Positions 28,569-39,863 of a stretch of 64,000 nucleotides of DNA are shown here, piece by piece. Position numbers and translations under genes: made by a program. The DNA is from Diplonema japonicum (Eukaryota; Protista; Euglenozoa: Diplonemea): positions 806,001 to 870,000 of the forward strand of contig OZ025651.1 in assembly GCA_964019335.1 (NCBI GenBank), written 5' to 3'. Positions within the stretch are counted from its first letter, which is position 1. Every line of letters begins with the position of its first letter. Under the pieces are notes generated by a model. That model was not told the origin of the DNA, ran no database searches, and saw only the letters and a program-made list of their open reading frames with translations.

Positions 28569-30773
28569 ATGCCCCGCTCGCGTCTTGCCGCGGCAGTGGC
28601 TGCGTTGTTGCTTGTGGTGTTTCTTGAATGGTACTCACGTCCAGGGATGATCGAGAGCCTGGAGGCCCCGATGCTGCGAAACACAACTGAGAGTCTGATC
28701 GAGCGAGCGATAGGACTGGAAAAGGAAATTGCAGGATTAGTAAGACTACTAGGCAAGGCCGAGAAGGGAAAAGGCGTTGTAGAAGGCACGAAGGACAGGG
28801 TCATCCAGGCCTATGACGATGTGGAACAATATGTCCGGCAAGAGGAAGGGTCGTTGGAGACGGGCGACGAAAGAAACTTCGACCGAATCTCAGACTGGAT
28901 TGAAGGGTTGGGCCCCGATTGCAGGGAACCAGAAAAAAACAAAAAAACAAAGAAACAACCCCCCGCTCCAAAACACCCAATAGGCGGCGGCGAGGCAGAG
29001 ATCAACTACGAGGACCTTGAAAACCCAAACACCCAAAAAAAACCGAAATCTGATGAAACATTTGACGAGACCATCGAAGACCCATGCGCAGACACCGAAG
29101 ACCACGAATGCCGACGATCCGAGATACGAACCGCCTTCAAGAATTCCTGGAAAGCGTACAAATCATACGCATGGGGTCACGATGAACTTAGACCGTCTTC
29201 GAAAGGCTTCCGAAACTGGGGCGATAAAGGGATCGGCCTGACCCTAATCGACGCCATGCCGTCACTATGGCTGCTCGGCTTCAAACGTGAGTTCAACGAG
29301 GCTGTGCAATGGGTTGACGAGGAGATGGACCTCAACATCGAAGGAAAGGTGTCGCAGTTCGAGGTCATCATCAGAGTGATCGGCGGTCTTATCTCCGCCT
29401 ATGAGGTTTCCGGCGAACAACACACTGTCCTCATTAAGAAAGCCGCGCTTCTTGCGGATAAGGTCCTTCACGCATATCAGACCAACAATGGGATTCCAGA
29501 TTCCACGATAGACCTTCAAACCCTCGAATCCTCAAACTCCGTTTGGAATTCCGGTTCCGCGGTTCTTTCAGAGCTCGCCTCCATCCAGCTCGAGCTACGC
29601 ACACTGTCATACCACACCGGCAACCCTTACTACGACCAGGTGGGTACTTGGCTGATCGATTTCATAGATTCCCGCGCACCCGCCGACTACCTCTGCCCGA
29701 CATTTCTCGACAAGGAAAGCGGAAAATGGGGCAATGACCATGTCACGCTTGGCGCAATGGGTGATTCCTACTACGAGTACCTGCTTAAACAGTATCTTTT
29801 AACAGGGAAGACCGAGGAACGGTATAAGATGATGTATCAGAAATCGGTGTCCGGGATACAGAAAAAACTTTTGAAACGGTCGGAGCCCTCCGGACAGACT
29901 TACCTGGCGGAGATGAAACGCGGCGGGGTGTACAACAAGATGGACCATTTGGCTTGCTTTGCAGGGGGCATGCTCTCGTTGGGCTCGGAGGAGGCCTCAA
30001 GCGACCACGATGAAAACATCAACAAAATCGCAGAAGGACTGGCTGAAACCTGCCACCTCATGTACAGCTCACAACAGACCGGGCTGTCACCAGAACTCGT
30101 AATGTTTCGCGGAGGCGGCGACATGGAAAAGGTCACAAAAGGCTCATATTACATCCTCCGACCGGAAACAGCAGAGACATACATGTACCTGTCTCGGTTC
30201 ACTGGGAAACAGAAATACCGCGAATGGGGTTGGGAGTTGTTCAAATCCGCAAATAAATGGTGCAAGACAGGATCGGGAGGCTTCTCCGGGATTCGCGACG
30301 TAGGCGTGGTGCCCCCTGTTCTGGACGATATCCAGCAAAGCTTTTGGCTGGCGGAAACGTTGAAATATTTATTCGTGTTGTTCTCCCCCGACGACGCTGT
30401 CATCGACTTCACGAAATGGGTTTTAAACACGGAAGGGCATCCTTTGAAGATACGGAAACGACAGCCGCTTGACTTGTGGTCTAAAGAGGCTGTTGCTGCA
30501 AGGGAGGTATACCTTGCTAAGCACGCCGACGACCGGCTGGAAAGCTTCAAGCCATTCCCCGTCGTTCTGTTCAGCCAGAAAACCTTCGACGCTACAAGAG
30601 CTCGCAATCTGAAGCAAAACAAACCAACTAATGATGAAGATCATGACGACGACACCGACAGCAGCTACGATTCCAGCTCCGGGTCCGACGGAAGCGACAG
30701 CGACAGCGAGTCAGGTGGTGGCTGGTCGTCTAGATTGGCCCGCCTCCGGAAAAAGGGCGAAGAAGCTCAATGA
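28569..30773 (+). CDS. MNS1: Class I alpha-1,2-mannosidase (GH47), type II membrane protein
   Basis: N-terminal anchor; AFKNSWKAYKSYAWGHDELRP, FEVIIRVIGGLISAY, GAMGDSYYEYLLK, MDHLACFAGG, YILRPETAE, QSFWLAETLKY, NTEGHP. Confidence 0.95.
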   Translation: MPRSRLAAAVAALLLVVFLEWYSRPGMIESLEAPMLRNTTESLIERAIGLEKEIAGLVRLLGKAEKGKGVVEGTKDRVIQAYDDVEQYVRQEEGSLETGDERNFDRISDWIEGLGPDCREPEKNKKTKKQPPAPKHPIGGGEAEINYEDLENPNTQKKPKSDETFDETIEDPCADTEDHECRRSEIRTAFKNSWKAYKSYAWGHDELRPSSKGFRNWGDKGIGLTLIDAMPSLWLLGFKREFNEAVQWVDEEMDLNIEGKVSQFEVIIRVIGGLISAYEVSGEQHTVLIKKAALLADKVLHAYQTNNGIPDSTIDLQTLESSNSVWNSGSAVLSELASIQLELRTLSYHTGNPYYDQVGTWLIDFIDSRAPADYLCPTFLDKESGKWGNDHVTLGAMGDSYYEYLLKQYLLTGKTEERYKMMYQKSVSGIQKKLLKRSEPSGQTYLAEMKRGGVYNKMDHLACFAGGMLSLGSEEASSDHDENINKIAEGLAETCHLMYSSQQTGLSPELVMFRGGGDMEKVTKGSYYILRPETAETYMYLSRFTGKQKYREWGWELFKSANKWCKTGSGGFSGIRDVGVVPPVLDDIQQSFWLAETLKYLFVLFSPDDAVIDFTKWVLNTEGHPLKIRKRQPLDLWSKEAVAAREVYLAKHADDRLESFKPFPVVLFSQKTFDATRARNLKQNKPTNDEDHDDDTDSSYDSSSGSDGSDSDSESGGGWSSRLARLRKKGEEAQ

Positions 30774-30956
30774 TGAAAAGAAGTTCGCCTAGTTTTTCCT
30801 TTTAAGATTTTTAATTGTTGTTTCCACTACTATTTTCCTTTTTTTCTCCTAAGCTTATTTTCTGCCCTTTTTTTTTAAATCCCCTCCACCCCCGCATATT
30901 ACACCATAGTGACAAAGTTTTTTTTTTTTGTTTTTTTAAATATCGTTTTTAAATAA

Positions 30957-32903
30957 ATGGACGCCAATTTTACAAGCGCGGCTGTAGCAAGCCGGCCTGC
31001 AAACAGCAGCCCTGCAGCCCTATGGCAACCCCCATGCTTCGGCAGCTTTTGGATGTACCTGAAAGGAAGCGGTGGCACCAAGAACAACAATATTAGCGGA
31101 GTACCCGACACCACCAACACCCGCGAAACACCCTTGCCCCAAGACGAAGGGGTAAGAAGACCCGGACACAAGCGACGGACCGCGAATGGTGCGGAAACGG
31201 CAACAACGGACCTAAAGGTGGAGATGAGAAAGCTAAGAGCAGAAAGGGATGCGACGGTAGCGAAAACAATTGAAGTAGAGAGCGAAATCGCAAGGCTGGA
31301 AAAGGAGGTCGGGGTGGAAAAATCAGAGGTCTCAGCCTGCCTGCCCAAGGTCGACGACACCGTGCAGAAGATACTCAACAAGGACACCACCGAGCATCTC
31401 ATGCAGTCCGATGCAATCCCATTCCACAAGAAAAAACTCCTGGAACGGATCAAAAAGCTACAGGACGCCCACGCAACAGGATCCCCGCATCTCTCAACGA
31501 TATACCAGGCTCTTTCAGCGTCGCTGACTGTTCCTGATCAGGCTATCGTCGACTCGCGTGAGGAGATAACCTCGGAAGCAGATTCGCTCATCGTTCTTCT
31601 TGAAAAAACCTTATGGATCCAGACAGAACACCTGACATCCGCAACGGATGAACCGCAGCCTTGTACAAGCTTGACCGACATGCAGCTTCAGGAAGCGAAG
31701 TTCCGGTCGCAGCTGCACATGTTGTCGTCTTCTCTGCAAACGATCACAAAAATGCAAACAGAGATCGCACAGCACACTTCTTCATCAGCAGAAGAGACGA
31801 AAAATGCGTTGTCAGGACTGCACAACGAACTGTCAATGGCGAAGGACAACGTAAAAGACAGAAAAGCCCGGCACGAGACAAGGTACAAAACAGAAATGGA
31901 CAGCCTCGAGAAGGAAATCGACGACTTGGGCACCAGGAAAACCGTTTTGGAATCGGACATCGAGGCGCACCGCAAGGAAATCGAAGGGAAGTACAACACC
32001 CTCCGAGAGCTCACTCAACTTATCACGACGAAACAGAAGATCCTGTCGGTTCGCAAGAACCTCGAGGATGACATCGCCGTTGAAGTCAACCACGCACAAG
32101 GCATCATCGCAAAGCGACTGTCGGAATGCAACTCCGGCATGACCATCGCTGTTGCCATCCTCAACATGACGGAGCCTGTCACGACGCTATGCAACGAGGT
32201 CCTCTCGAAGCATTTGCAGGCCATCGAGACCACCCATTCGGAGACGCAAAACCGTTTGCTTGACAGGTTGAAAGCCCATTGGGAACACCTTCTCAGCAGC
32301 AGAGCCACTCTCACCAACGACATCCGAATTGCACAGCGTGAGGTTCTCAAGGAAACATCCTCCGTAAGGGTGCAAAAAAGGCAGCAGACAGAAGCGGTGA
32401 TCCTGAACCTCCAGGAAAGATTACTGGCAGAGCGCACCGACGTGTTGTCAAGGAAACGCCGCGAGTTGGAAAAACTCGAAGAAGAGCTGGAAGAAATAGG
32501 GAGGCAGATCGAGAGCATTCAAAGCTCCATCCATCCAAGGATAAAAGCAGAGTTCACCGCAAAGTACAAAGCTGAAAAGGCCACCACACCTGTAACAGAC
32601 AAAGCTTATGAAATTCACGACTCTTTGACACTCATCTGCCACAGCAAAGCTGCCGACCCCGTTCCTATTGAAGCCCTGTTGGAAGTCCTCGATGGGTTGA
32701 CCTATGGGGGGGGTCTGAAGGCGCTGCAAGATCATCTTGCGACAATGCCTGCAACGCTCTCTTCCATCCGGCTCTCCGCCTCCATGATCCCCGAACTGCT
32801 GCCCACCCTCTCCCAAGAGACCTTTTCCGACAACGGGCGCTCGATACCCGCTCTGCTAACGGCTGTATCTGCGAAAACAGCCACACTTTTGAATGGGTGT
32901 TGA
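30957..32903 (+). CDS. Coiled-coil hypothetical protein
   Basis: 648-aa ORF with extensive heptad E/K/L content. Confidence 0.75.
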   Translation: MDANFTSAAVASRPANSSPAALWQPPCFGSFWMYLKGSGGTKNNNISGVPDTTNTRETPLPQDEGVRRPGHKRRTANGAETATTDLKVEMRKLRAERDATVAKTIEVESEIARLEKEVGVEKSEVSACLPKVDDTVQKILNKDTTEHLMQSDAIPFHKKKLLERIKKLQDAHATGSPHLSTIYQALSASLTVPDQAIVDSREEITSEADSLIVLLEKTLWIQTEHLTSATDEPQPCTSLTDMQLQEAKFRSQLHMLSSSLQTITKMQTEIAQHTSSSAEETKNALSGLHNELSMAKDNVKDRKARHETRYKTEMDSLEKEIDDLGTRKTVLESDIEAHRKEIEGKYNTLRELTQLITTKQKILSVRKNLEDDIAVEVNHAQGIIAKRLSECNSGMTIAVAILNMTEPVTTLCNEVLSKHLQAIETTHSETQNRLLDRLKAHWEHLLSSRATLTNDIRIAQREVLKETSSVRVQKRQQTEAVILNLQERLLAERTDVLSRKRRELEKLEEELEEIGRQIESIQSSIHPRIKAEFTAKYKAEKATTPVTDKAYEIHDSLTLICHSKAADPVPIEALLEVLDGLTYGGGLKALQDHLATMPATLSSIRLSASMIPELLPTLSQETFSDNGRSIPALLTAVSAKTATLLNGC

Positions 32904-33132
32904 AAGTACTTTCTTTATCTTTTCTGCCCGCCCTCCTTCGTATTAGTTGCCCCCTTCTCTTTTTTCTCGATGGCCCTTCTTTTTTTTTTCTTTATTTCTT
33001 ATTACACAAAAACGTTTCGTTGTACACTGGTAATGGGGTGTGTGGAGTTTTCTTTTTATTGTTATTACTTTTGTTCTGTAAACGACAAATAAACGAAACC
33101 AAGGAAACAAAGGCGGGGGAAAAAAAAAAAAA

Positions 33133-35634
33133 ATGGACGCCTTTACAAAATTCCTTGAGGACATCGACGAAGAGGAAGAATCCGGAATCTGCCCCCCGGA
33201 GGTGAGGGAACTCAACCGCATGCAGGCTTTGGACAGGCGGTTGGGGAAGAAGCTGGGGTTGAGGATGAGAGCTGTGTACCGGCCGAATCTTAAATGGGAA
33301 CAGAAGATAAGCACGATACAAGGCAACGAGTGGAAAGGGAGGAGAAACATGCTTTTGGAAGAAGAGGTGCATGTCAAGAAGATGTCAGTGTTGGAGTACC
33401 AAGAGCTGAAGAGAGTGATGAACACCGTAGCGGAGTCCGCGTCGAGATTCTGCGGCAGCAAGTACGACGACGTAGCGAACGACCCTCTTGCGGTGGTGCA
33501 ACAGAAAATCATCGACATCCTGAAGCAGATAACAGCTCGCTCAGAGAGGCTAACCGAGACAAAGGTCACAATACCAAAAGGCACTCCTCTTAAAATCGGC
33601 ATGTTTCAACAAGCGATCTCTCCAAACCACATCGACTCCCCCGCATCACCCCGCGCCAGGAAGGAACAAATCTCCGCTATCGAAATTCAAAAAAACCCGC
33701 AGATCTCACTATGGAAACAGGAGGACGACGATTGGACGAAACAGAGGCGCCAGAAGGTCCGCGAGCTTTTGAACTTCGATTTGAAGATGGTGACCAAGGA
33801 AAAGAAAACGCAAAACCCAGAGACCGGCGTGGGTCGTTCAACAAACGTTGCTCCCCCCCGCGGAGCCGAGCTGTCTCTGTTGAAAAAAGACCTCTTGGAG
33901 CTGCAGGAAAAACAGATGAGCGTGGAAACGACAAGAACCCCCAACAGCAAGGAACCCATTTGCTTCGAAAACACGCAAATATCACTGAGCGCATTCGGAA
34001 GCTTGGAGCTCATGCACAACAACACATACCATGCTGTCGATTCTGCGATAAACTACAACCATCAAACGGGCAATTTGACAACTGGGTCGGTCACCATGAC
34101 GCTACCGGAGAAGAATCGTGACGGGATCGTGATGCGGTTGAAGAAGATCACGGAGCTAGCGAGGGTGCCAAACAACCTCACAACAGAGATCACCACTGCG
34201 AACGTTGATGTTGAAAAACACCCTCCTCAGAACGAAGGCCCGCCAGGGTTGCTAGCATACGCTTTGGAGTACGCTTCACCATACATCCTCACCCCGAGAG
34301 ACCCTCCAAGAACCAGAGAAAACAACATTTCCACCCCTGCGTGTTTATCAACAACCGTCCGGAAGGTGGTCTCCCTGAGCCTGTGCTTTTTAACTGAACC
34401 AATTCTGCAAAACCTCCGATTGATATGCAGGGAGTTCCGAGCGTTGGTCGAAGAGCCCAGAGGGATGACGGAACGAAGACGGCGGATGATGGACATTTTG
34501 ACGCAATGTGGGATCTCGTTTGTCAAGCTTCCCAAAACCGTTTACCCGCTTGGCGCACCGGAAGGTTCTCCAACGTGCTACGATGGTCTTGGCCATGCAG
34601 ACCATACACTCCCAACACAATATGAAGAGACAGAAGAGGTCCACATCATGGAAAGGCCGATGACGGTTCTTCAATGGAAGAAGCTTGCGGGTAAGCTACC
34701 GATCGTCGCCCGCCTTGTCGGCGACGAGGACATCAACCTTTTATGCTACAACGTAACACCTGAAAGCTGCAACCGAAGGACCCGGTTGACCAAGAAGGAC
34801 GACGCGAAACCAGACGACTGTGAAGCCATCTTAGAACTCCCGTACAAAACCGCAACAAAAATCGCTGGTGTCCTAGCCGGCACGATACCAACATGGCAGC
34901 AATGGGAGGCCGGTGCAAGGGGAACCGACGAACGGCTGTATCCATGGGGGGACAATGTCGATGAAGCATTGGTGGCACGCGAGACAAAAATGCTCACTTA
35001 TTTGTTGGCCAACGCGAACAGAGGCCAGCGTGCGGACCACGGGTACGTGGAGCTCGCTGACATCGCGGCAAAATCGAGAGGGTTCAACAGAGCAGAGAGA
35101 TTCCCTAACCCCGACAGCACCACAGAGCACCCCATTCTCAAAGGCGTCAACCGACCCGGGAAGGAGTGGAACCTTGCTTCTGACACGTGCAGCGTGGCCT
35201 CTGGCGCGGTACTTTCGGGGCCCATTGTTCGGTCCATTTCAGACCTGTTTTCTCAGCAGGATCTTAGGTCGCATTCCGCTTCTTTTCAACGGTCTTTTTT
35301 CGCGTCGAACCACCGTGCCTTTTCAGGCCCTCCTTTGTACTGTCTGTCGCCTGAGCTTCATTTTGTTCCGCAGACAGGTGCATCTGTCGTAGAGGACACC
35401 TCGGAACCCGTGTTGCTTCCGGACAGTTATGACCTGCCCGAGCCGATCCCTTGTGTGCTGGCTTGTCATTTGCGGGCGGCGTTCCGAATCTCGTTCGTGA
35501 TGTCTGGTGTGCAGCCGCACCCGTGCAGGCCGAGGGAGAAGACCTGCTCGCGATGCTCCCGGACGTTTTTCTACGCGGACTCCTGCCCCAGTTGCAAAAG
35601 CTTTAACGAAGCTCTGGCGCAGTATGGAAAATGA
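33133..35634 (+). CDS. Protein with F-box-like motif and FGE-sulfatase (SUMF1-like) domain, C-terminal CxxC-CxxC
   Basis: LCFLTEPILQNLRLICREFR (F-box-like); IMERPMTVLQW...IPTWQQWEAGARGTDERLYPWGD...GKEW...AAFRI (FGE-sulfatase); CSRC...CPSC. Confidence 0.7.
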   Translation: MDAFTKFLEDIDEEEESGICPPEVRELNRMQALDRRLGKKLGLRMRAVYRPNLKWEQKISTIQGNEWKGRRNMLLEEEVHVKKMSVLEYQELKRVMNTVAESASRFCGSKYDDVANDPLAVVQQKIIDILKQITARSERLTETKVTIPKGTPLKIGMFQQAISPNHIDSPASPRARKEQISAIEIQKNPQISLWKQEDDDWTKQRRQKVRELLNFDLKMVTKEKKTQNPETGVGRSTNVAPPRGAELSLLKKDLLELQEKQMSVETTRTPNSKEPICFENTQISLSAFGSLELMHNNTYHAVDSAINYNHQTGNLTTGSVTMTLPEKNRDGIVMRLKKITELARVPNNLTTEITTANVDVEKHPPQNEGPPGLLAYALEYASPYILTPRDPPRTRENNISTPACLSTTVRKVVSLSLCFLTEPILQNLRLICREFRALVEEPRGMTERRRRMMDILTQCGISFVKLPKTVYPLGAPEGSPTCYDGLGHADHTLPTQYEETEEVHIMERPMTVLQWKKLAGKLPIVARLVGDEDINLLCYNVTPESCNRRTRLTKKDDAKPDDCEAILELPYKTATKIAGVLAGTIPTWQQWEAGARGTDERLYPWGDNVDEALVARETKMLTYLLANANRGQRADHGYVELADIAAKSRGFNRAERFPNPDSTTEHPILKGVNRPGKEWNLASDTCSVASGAVLSGPIVRSISDLFSQQDLRSHSASFQRSFFASNHRAFSGPPLYCLSPELHFVPQTGASVVEDTSEPVLLPDSYDLPEPIPCVLACHLRAAFRISFVMSGVQPHPCRPREKTCSRCSRTFFYADSCPSCKSFNEALAQYGK

Positions 35635-35758
35635 TAAAAAAAAAAAGGGGGGGGAACTTTCTGTTTACACAGAAAAAATATAGAGGGTCTGTTGTATAAT
35701 GTCATCCCCCCCTTTTTTTTTGCCCCCAACCGATTCTGCAGAAGGGGGGGGGGAAATA

Positions 35759-36724
35759 ATGCAAGCGAGTGTCGATGGGGTCATTGAAAAGCTTCTCGCG
35801 GTGCGAGGGTCCCGTGTCAAGACCGTCAGTTTGACGGAGTCCGAGGTGAAGGGGCTGATGATGTGCTCGCGGGAGGTTTTTTCAAGCCAGCCGTCCCTGA
35901 TTGAAATCGATGCGCCGGTTAAGGTGTGCGGCGACATCCATGGGCAGTACGCAGACCTGCTCAGACTTTTCGAGACCTGCGCCTTCCCACCAGAAGCGAA
36001 CTACCTTTTCCTCGGCGACTACGTCGACAGAGGCAAGCAAGGGTTCGAGACGATATGCCTGCTGCTCGCGTACAAGATAAAGTACCCGGAGAATTTCTTC
36101 ATGCTGAGGGGCAACCACGAGTGCGCCGCGATCAACAAAATCTACGGTTTTTACGACGAGTGCAAGAGAAGGTTCACCATAAAGACATGGAAGATGTTCA
36201 CCGAAACCTTCAACTGCATGCCTGTTGCCGCTGTGGTCTCTGACAGAATATTCGCATGCCATGGAGGGTTGTCACCGGAACTACGACACTTAGGTCAGAT
36301 TCAAAAATTACTTCGACCCTGCGATGTATCTGACAACGGTCTGTTTTGCGATCTACTATGGGCAGATCCTGAAGAAGGTCTTCAAGGATGGGGCGACAAT
36401 GATAGAGGTGTAAGTGTCACATTCGGTGAAGATGTTGTCGCAAGCTTCTTAGAAGAGCATGAGCTCGACATGGTGCTTCGTGCGCATCAGGTTGTGGAGG
36501 ACGGGTATCTGTTCTTCGCAAACCGGCAGCTCATCACGCTCTTCTCTGCGCCCAACTACTGCGGTGAGTTCGACAACTGTGGGGGCATCATGTCGATAGA
36601 TGAAACACTGACGTGCTCCTTTCAAATCTTGAAACCCTTGTCGCTCTCTGCAAAAAGACAGGCCATGCTGGTCGCGCAGGGTATAGCCGTCGACAGCAAT
36701 ACCGAAGCATCTTCTGCTAGCTAA
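35759..36724 (+). CDS. PP1: Ser/Thr protein phosphatase PP1 catalytic subunit
   Basis: [30 protein letters not shown] and the SAPNYC motif; ATG 35759 follows a TGCAG acceptor. Confidence 0.95.
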   Translation: MQASVDGVIEKLLAVRGSRVKTVSLTESEVKGLMMCSREVFSSQPSLIEIDAPVKVCGDIHGQYADLLRLFETCAFPPEANYLFLGDYVDRGKQGFETICLLLAYKIKYPENFFMLRGNHECAAINKIYGFYDECKRRFTIKTWKMFTETFNCMPVAAVVSDRIFACHGGLSPELRHLGQIQKLLRPCDVSDNGLFCDLLWADPEEGLQGWGDNDRGVSVTFGEDVVASFLEEHELDMVLRAHQVVEDGYLFFANRQLITLFSAPNYCGEFDNCGGIMSIDETLTCSFQILKPLSLSAKRQAMLVAQGIAVDSNTEASSAS

Positions 36725-37119
36725 ACCACCGGATTGATGCCCCCCCGCTCCCCCGAGGCTGTTTTCAGCTTATCCTTTCCTCTTTCTTTCATCTTTTTTT
36801 CTCTCTTTTTTTGGTGTGATAAAAAAAAAAAGAAGAAGAATGAGGAGGTGCTGTGCTTTATTATCTACACTTTTTTTTTGAATTCCGTCAGGCTCGCCCC
36901 TTTCCCCCCCTCTGTATGCTCGGGCTTCTTTTTTAAGTGCACACTTAACGCCACTTAGTGTTGCAATCAAAGCCCTATTTCTTTTCGTTTTTTTTTTTCT
37001 CTTGTTTTTTTTTTTTTCTTCTTTTTTTTTCTTTTTTTTCCGGCTGTGCACAAACAACAATCAACCGACTCTTTTTTTTTCCTATTTACAATTACCCTAG
37101 CGCGCAAGCAAGCGCCATA

Positions 37120-37155
37120 TTATTTATTTTTCTTCGTTTTCTTTTTGCGTTTCAG
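37120..37155 (+). promoter_or_regulatory. Putative SL trans-splice acceptor (pyrimidine tract + TTCAG) of ICL; similar sites at ~7830, ~35741 and ~56574
   Basis: T/C tract ending in AG, then a 17-45-nt purine/A-rich leader and ATG. Confidence 0.55.
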
Positions 37156-37199
37156 GGAAAATATTCACTCATCACAGATAAGCCTACAAAAACAACAAC

Positions 37200-39017
37200 A
37201 TGTCTATGCGTACAGCAGGCCAGAGCATGCGTGCCCTCAAGAGCAGGAGGGGCCGTGCCTTCGGGACGGACGCCGAGGGCGTTGCGCTTGCGGACGAGTC
37301 GAAGCGTGTGCAGGAGTGGTTCGGGCAGGAGAGGTTCAAGAAGACGGTGAGGACGTGGTCTTCGGACGACGTTGCGAAGCTGAGGGGGTCGTTCCCCGAC
37401 ACGAAGCAGCGCTACCACCTTGCCGACGAGTCGGCGGCGAAGGCGTACAAGCTGTTCCAGAAGAACTGGGACACGAACAAGGCGTCGTGGACCTTCGGGT
37501 GCACGGACCCTGTGCAGGTGGTGCAGATGTGCAAGTACCTGGAGACGATCTACGTGTCTGGGTGGCAGTCGTCGTCGACGTGCTCGACCACGAACGAGCC
37601 CGGTCCGGACCTCGCGGACTACCCCATGGACACGGTGCCCACGAAGGTGGACCAGCTCTTCCGTGCGCAGATGTTCCACGACAGGAAGCAGACCCTGACC
37701 AGGTCGCAGATGACGCAGGAGGAGAGGGAGGCGACACCGCCGTGCGACTACTTCACCCCCATCATCGCGGACGGCGACACGGGGCACGGTGGGATCAGCG
37801 CCCTCATGAAGCTTGTGAAGCTGTTCGTGGAGGCGGGAGCCGCCGGTGTGCACATTGAGGACCAGAAGGCCGGTACGAAGAAGTGCGGGCACATGGGTGG
37901 GAAGGTGCTCGTCTCGACGCAGGAGCACGTGGAGAGGTTGAAGGCTGCTCGTCTGCAGTGCGACATCATGGGGACACGCACGCTGATCGTCGGGCGCACG
38001 GACGCCGAGTCCGCGCAGTACCTCGACAACAACATCGACCCCCGCGACCACCCCTTCATCATGGGGACCAGGAACAAGGACATCCCGAACCTCGTGGACG
38101 ACCTGAGGAGGATGGAGCAGGCGAAGCTGTCCCCGCAGGAGATGATGGAGCAGCAGACCAAGTGGGGAGAGAAGGCGAACGTGATGACCTTCGGTGAGGC
38201 GGTGACGGGGGAGATCCAGAACCTTTCGAAGACGGAAGCCTCGAAGAAGGACGCCCTCGACACCTGGAACAAGAACTACATGGAACTGTCGCACGTGGAG
38301 TCGCGTGAGCTTGCAAAGGACCTTGGTGTGGAGCTGTACTGGTCGTGGTACAAGCCCAGGACCAGGGAGGGGTACTACCGTGTGCTGAGCGGGATGGACT
38401 TCTGCATCCAGAGGGCGAAGGCCTTCGCCCCGCATGCCGACCTGCTGTGGATGGAGACGGACACCCCGAACGTGGAGCAGGCGAAGCAGTTCGCTGACGG
38501 GATCCACGCGAAGTACCCGAACCAGTTCCTTGCGTACAACCTGTCGCCGTCCTTCAACTGGGACGTGGCGGGGCTCAGCGACGAGGAGATGGGCAGCTTC
38601 ACCAGGGACATCGGTAAGCTCGGGTTCGTGTGGCAGTTCTGCACCCTTGCGGGTCTGCACAGCAACGCACTCATGGTGGACACCTTCACCAAGGACTACG
38701 CCCAGAGGGGTATGAGGGCCTACGTGGAGAAGATCCAGAGGAAGGAGAGGGAGTACGACGTCGAGACCCTCACCCACCAGAAGTGGAGCGGTGCCCTCGT
38801 CGTCGACTACCAGTCGGGGCTTGTCAACACCCTCTCCTCCACTGGCATCATGTCCAAGGGTGTCACTGAGGACCAGTTCAAGGCTACCAAGAAGGAGGCT
38901 CACGCCGAAGTCGGCTCCGAGGCCCCTGAGAGGCCCAAGAAGTTCAGGTCCAGCCTTGAGGAGCCCCGTACTCCCGACTTCGTTTACGATGACGCCGATG
39001 ACGCGAAGAAGAACTGA
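37200..39017 (+). CDS. ICL1: Isocitrate lyase (long eukaryotic type) with N-terminal presequence
   Basis: [66 protein letters not shown]; very strong GC3 bias. Confidence 0.96.
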   Translation: MSMRTAGQSMRALKSRRGRAFGTDAEGVALADESKRVQEWFGQERFKKTVRTWSSDDVAKLRGSFPDTKQRYHLADESAAKAYKLFQKNWDTNKASWTFGCTDPVQVVQMCKYLETIYVSGWQSSSTCSTTNEPGPDLADYPMDTVPTKVDQLFRAQMFHDRKQTLTRSQMTQEEREATPPCDYFTPIIADGDTGHGGISALMKLVKLFVEAGAAGVHIEDQKAGTKKCGHMGGKVLVSTQEHVERLKAARLQCDIMGTRTLIVGRTDAESAQYLDNNIDPRDHPFIMGTRNKDIPNLVDDLRRMEQAKLSPQEMMEQQTKWGEKANVMTFGEAVTGEIQNLSKTEASKKDALDTWNKNYMELSHVESRELAKDLGVELYWSWYKPRTREGYYRVLSGMDFCIQRAKAFAPHADLLWMETDTPNVEQAKQFADGIHAKYPNQFLAYNLSPSFNWDVAGLSDEEMGSFTRDIGKLGFVWQFCTLAGLHSNALMVDTFTKDYAQRGMRAYVEKIQRKEREYDVETLTHQKWSGALVVDYQSGLVNTLSSTGIMSKGVTEDQFKATKKEAHAEVGSEAPERPKKFRSSLEEPRTPDFVYDDADDAKKN

Positions 39018-39436
39018 ATTTTTTTAAAACAAGATTTATGCGCTAAAACGTGGCAGGGTTGAGAGGGGCTGAGAAAAGAAAAAAAGGAAGAAAAAAAAAA
39101 ACAAATTCTTTTTACCCTCCTTTTTTTTTTTATTCTCCTTTTTTTTCTTCTTCTTCTTTTATGGACTCACTATTTATTTTTTTCGTATTTTCTTTTTTTT
39201 TTTTCCCTTGTTGCGTGTGCATATTTTCGATGTTGTCCAAAAAAGAAGGAACGGGGAAAAAAAAAGTAGAATGAAAAAAAAAAGATAGGATGGAGGAGGG
39301 AGGGTAAGAGTGAGGGGAGTTGCTCCCTGTTTCTTTTTTTTTTTTTAAAGTGATTTCTTTTCTTTGCCGATTTTCTCTGCCTTCCCTTTTTTTGTCTTTT
39401 TGAAAAAAATAAATAAAAACACAATTCTCACAAATG

Positions 39437-39468
<32 letters not shown>

Positions 39469-39704
39469 GCTTTTTTTTTTTCCGTAAAAACACCAAAAAA
39501 ATGCTTCTTTTTTTGTAACATAAACAAAAAAAAAATAATAATAATAAAAAAAAAAAAAAAACTATTCCTCCAAAGAAAAAAAAAATAGTATCCTGGGATA
39601 TTCGCATTTCTTGTCTTCCTCTCCACCCATCTTCCCATCTGTTTCTTTTTTTTTCCCCTCCCCCCCCAAAAAATACCTTTTGTTGCGTGTGCTACATGTC
39701 GTGA

Positions 39705-39736
<32 letters not shown>

Positions 39737-39863
39737 CCATACTATTTTATTCCTCCCTCGAGTTGTCTTTTTTTTCTTTTTTTTGTTTTTTTCCTTTTCC
39801 TTTTTTTTTTGTTAAATTTCCTCCTTTCCCACACAACACAAAAAAAAGGAGGGGGGTGGGAAA

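Noticed and set aside
37152-38903. 583-aa minus-strand ORF antisense to ICL (and similar antisense ORFs over other genes and the RT element)
   Set aside because: Shadow of strong GC3 codon bias; no recognisable motifs.
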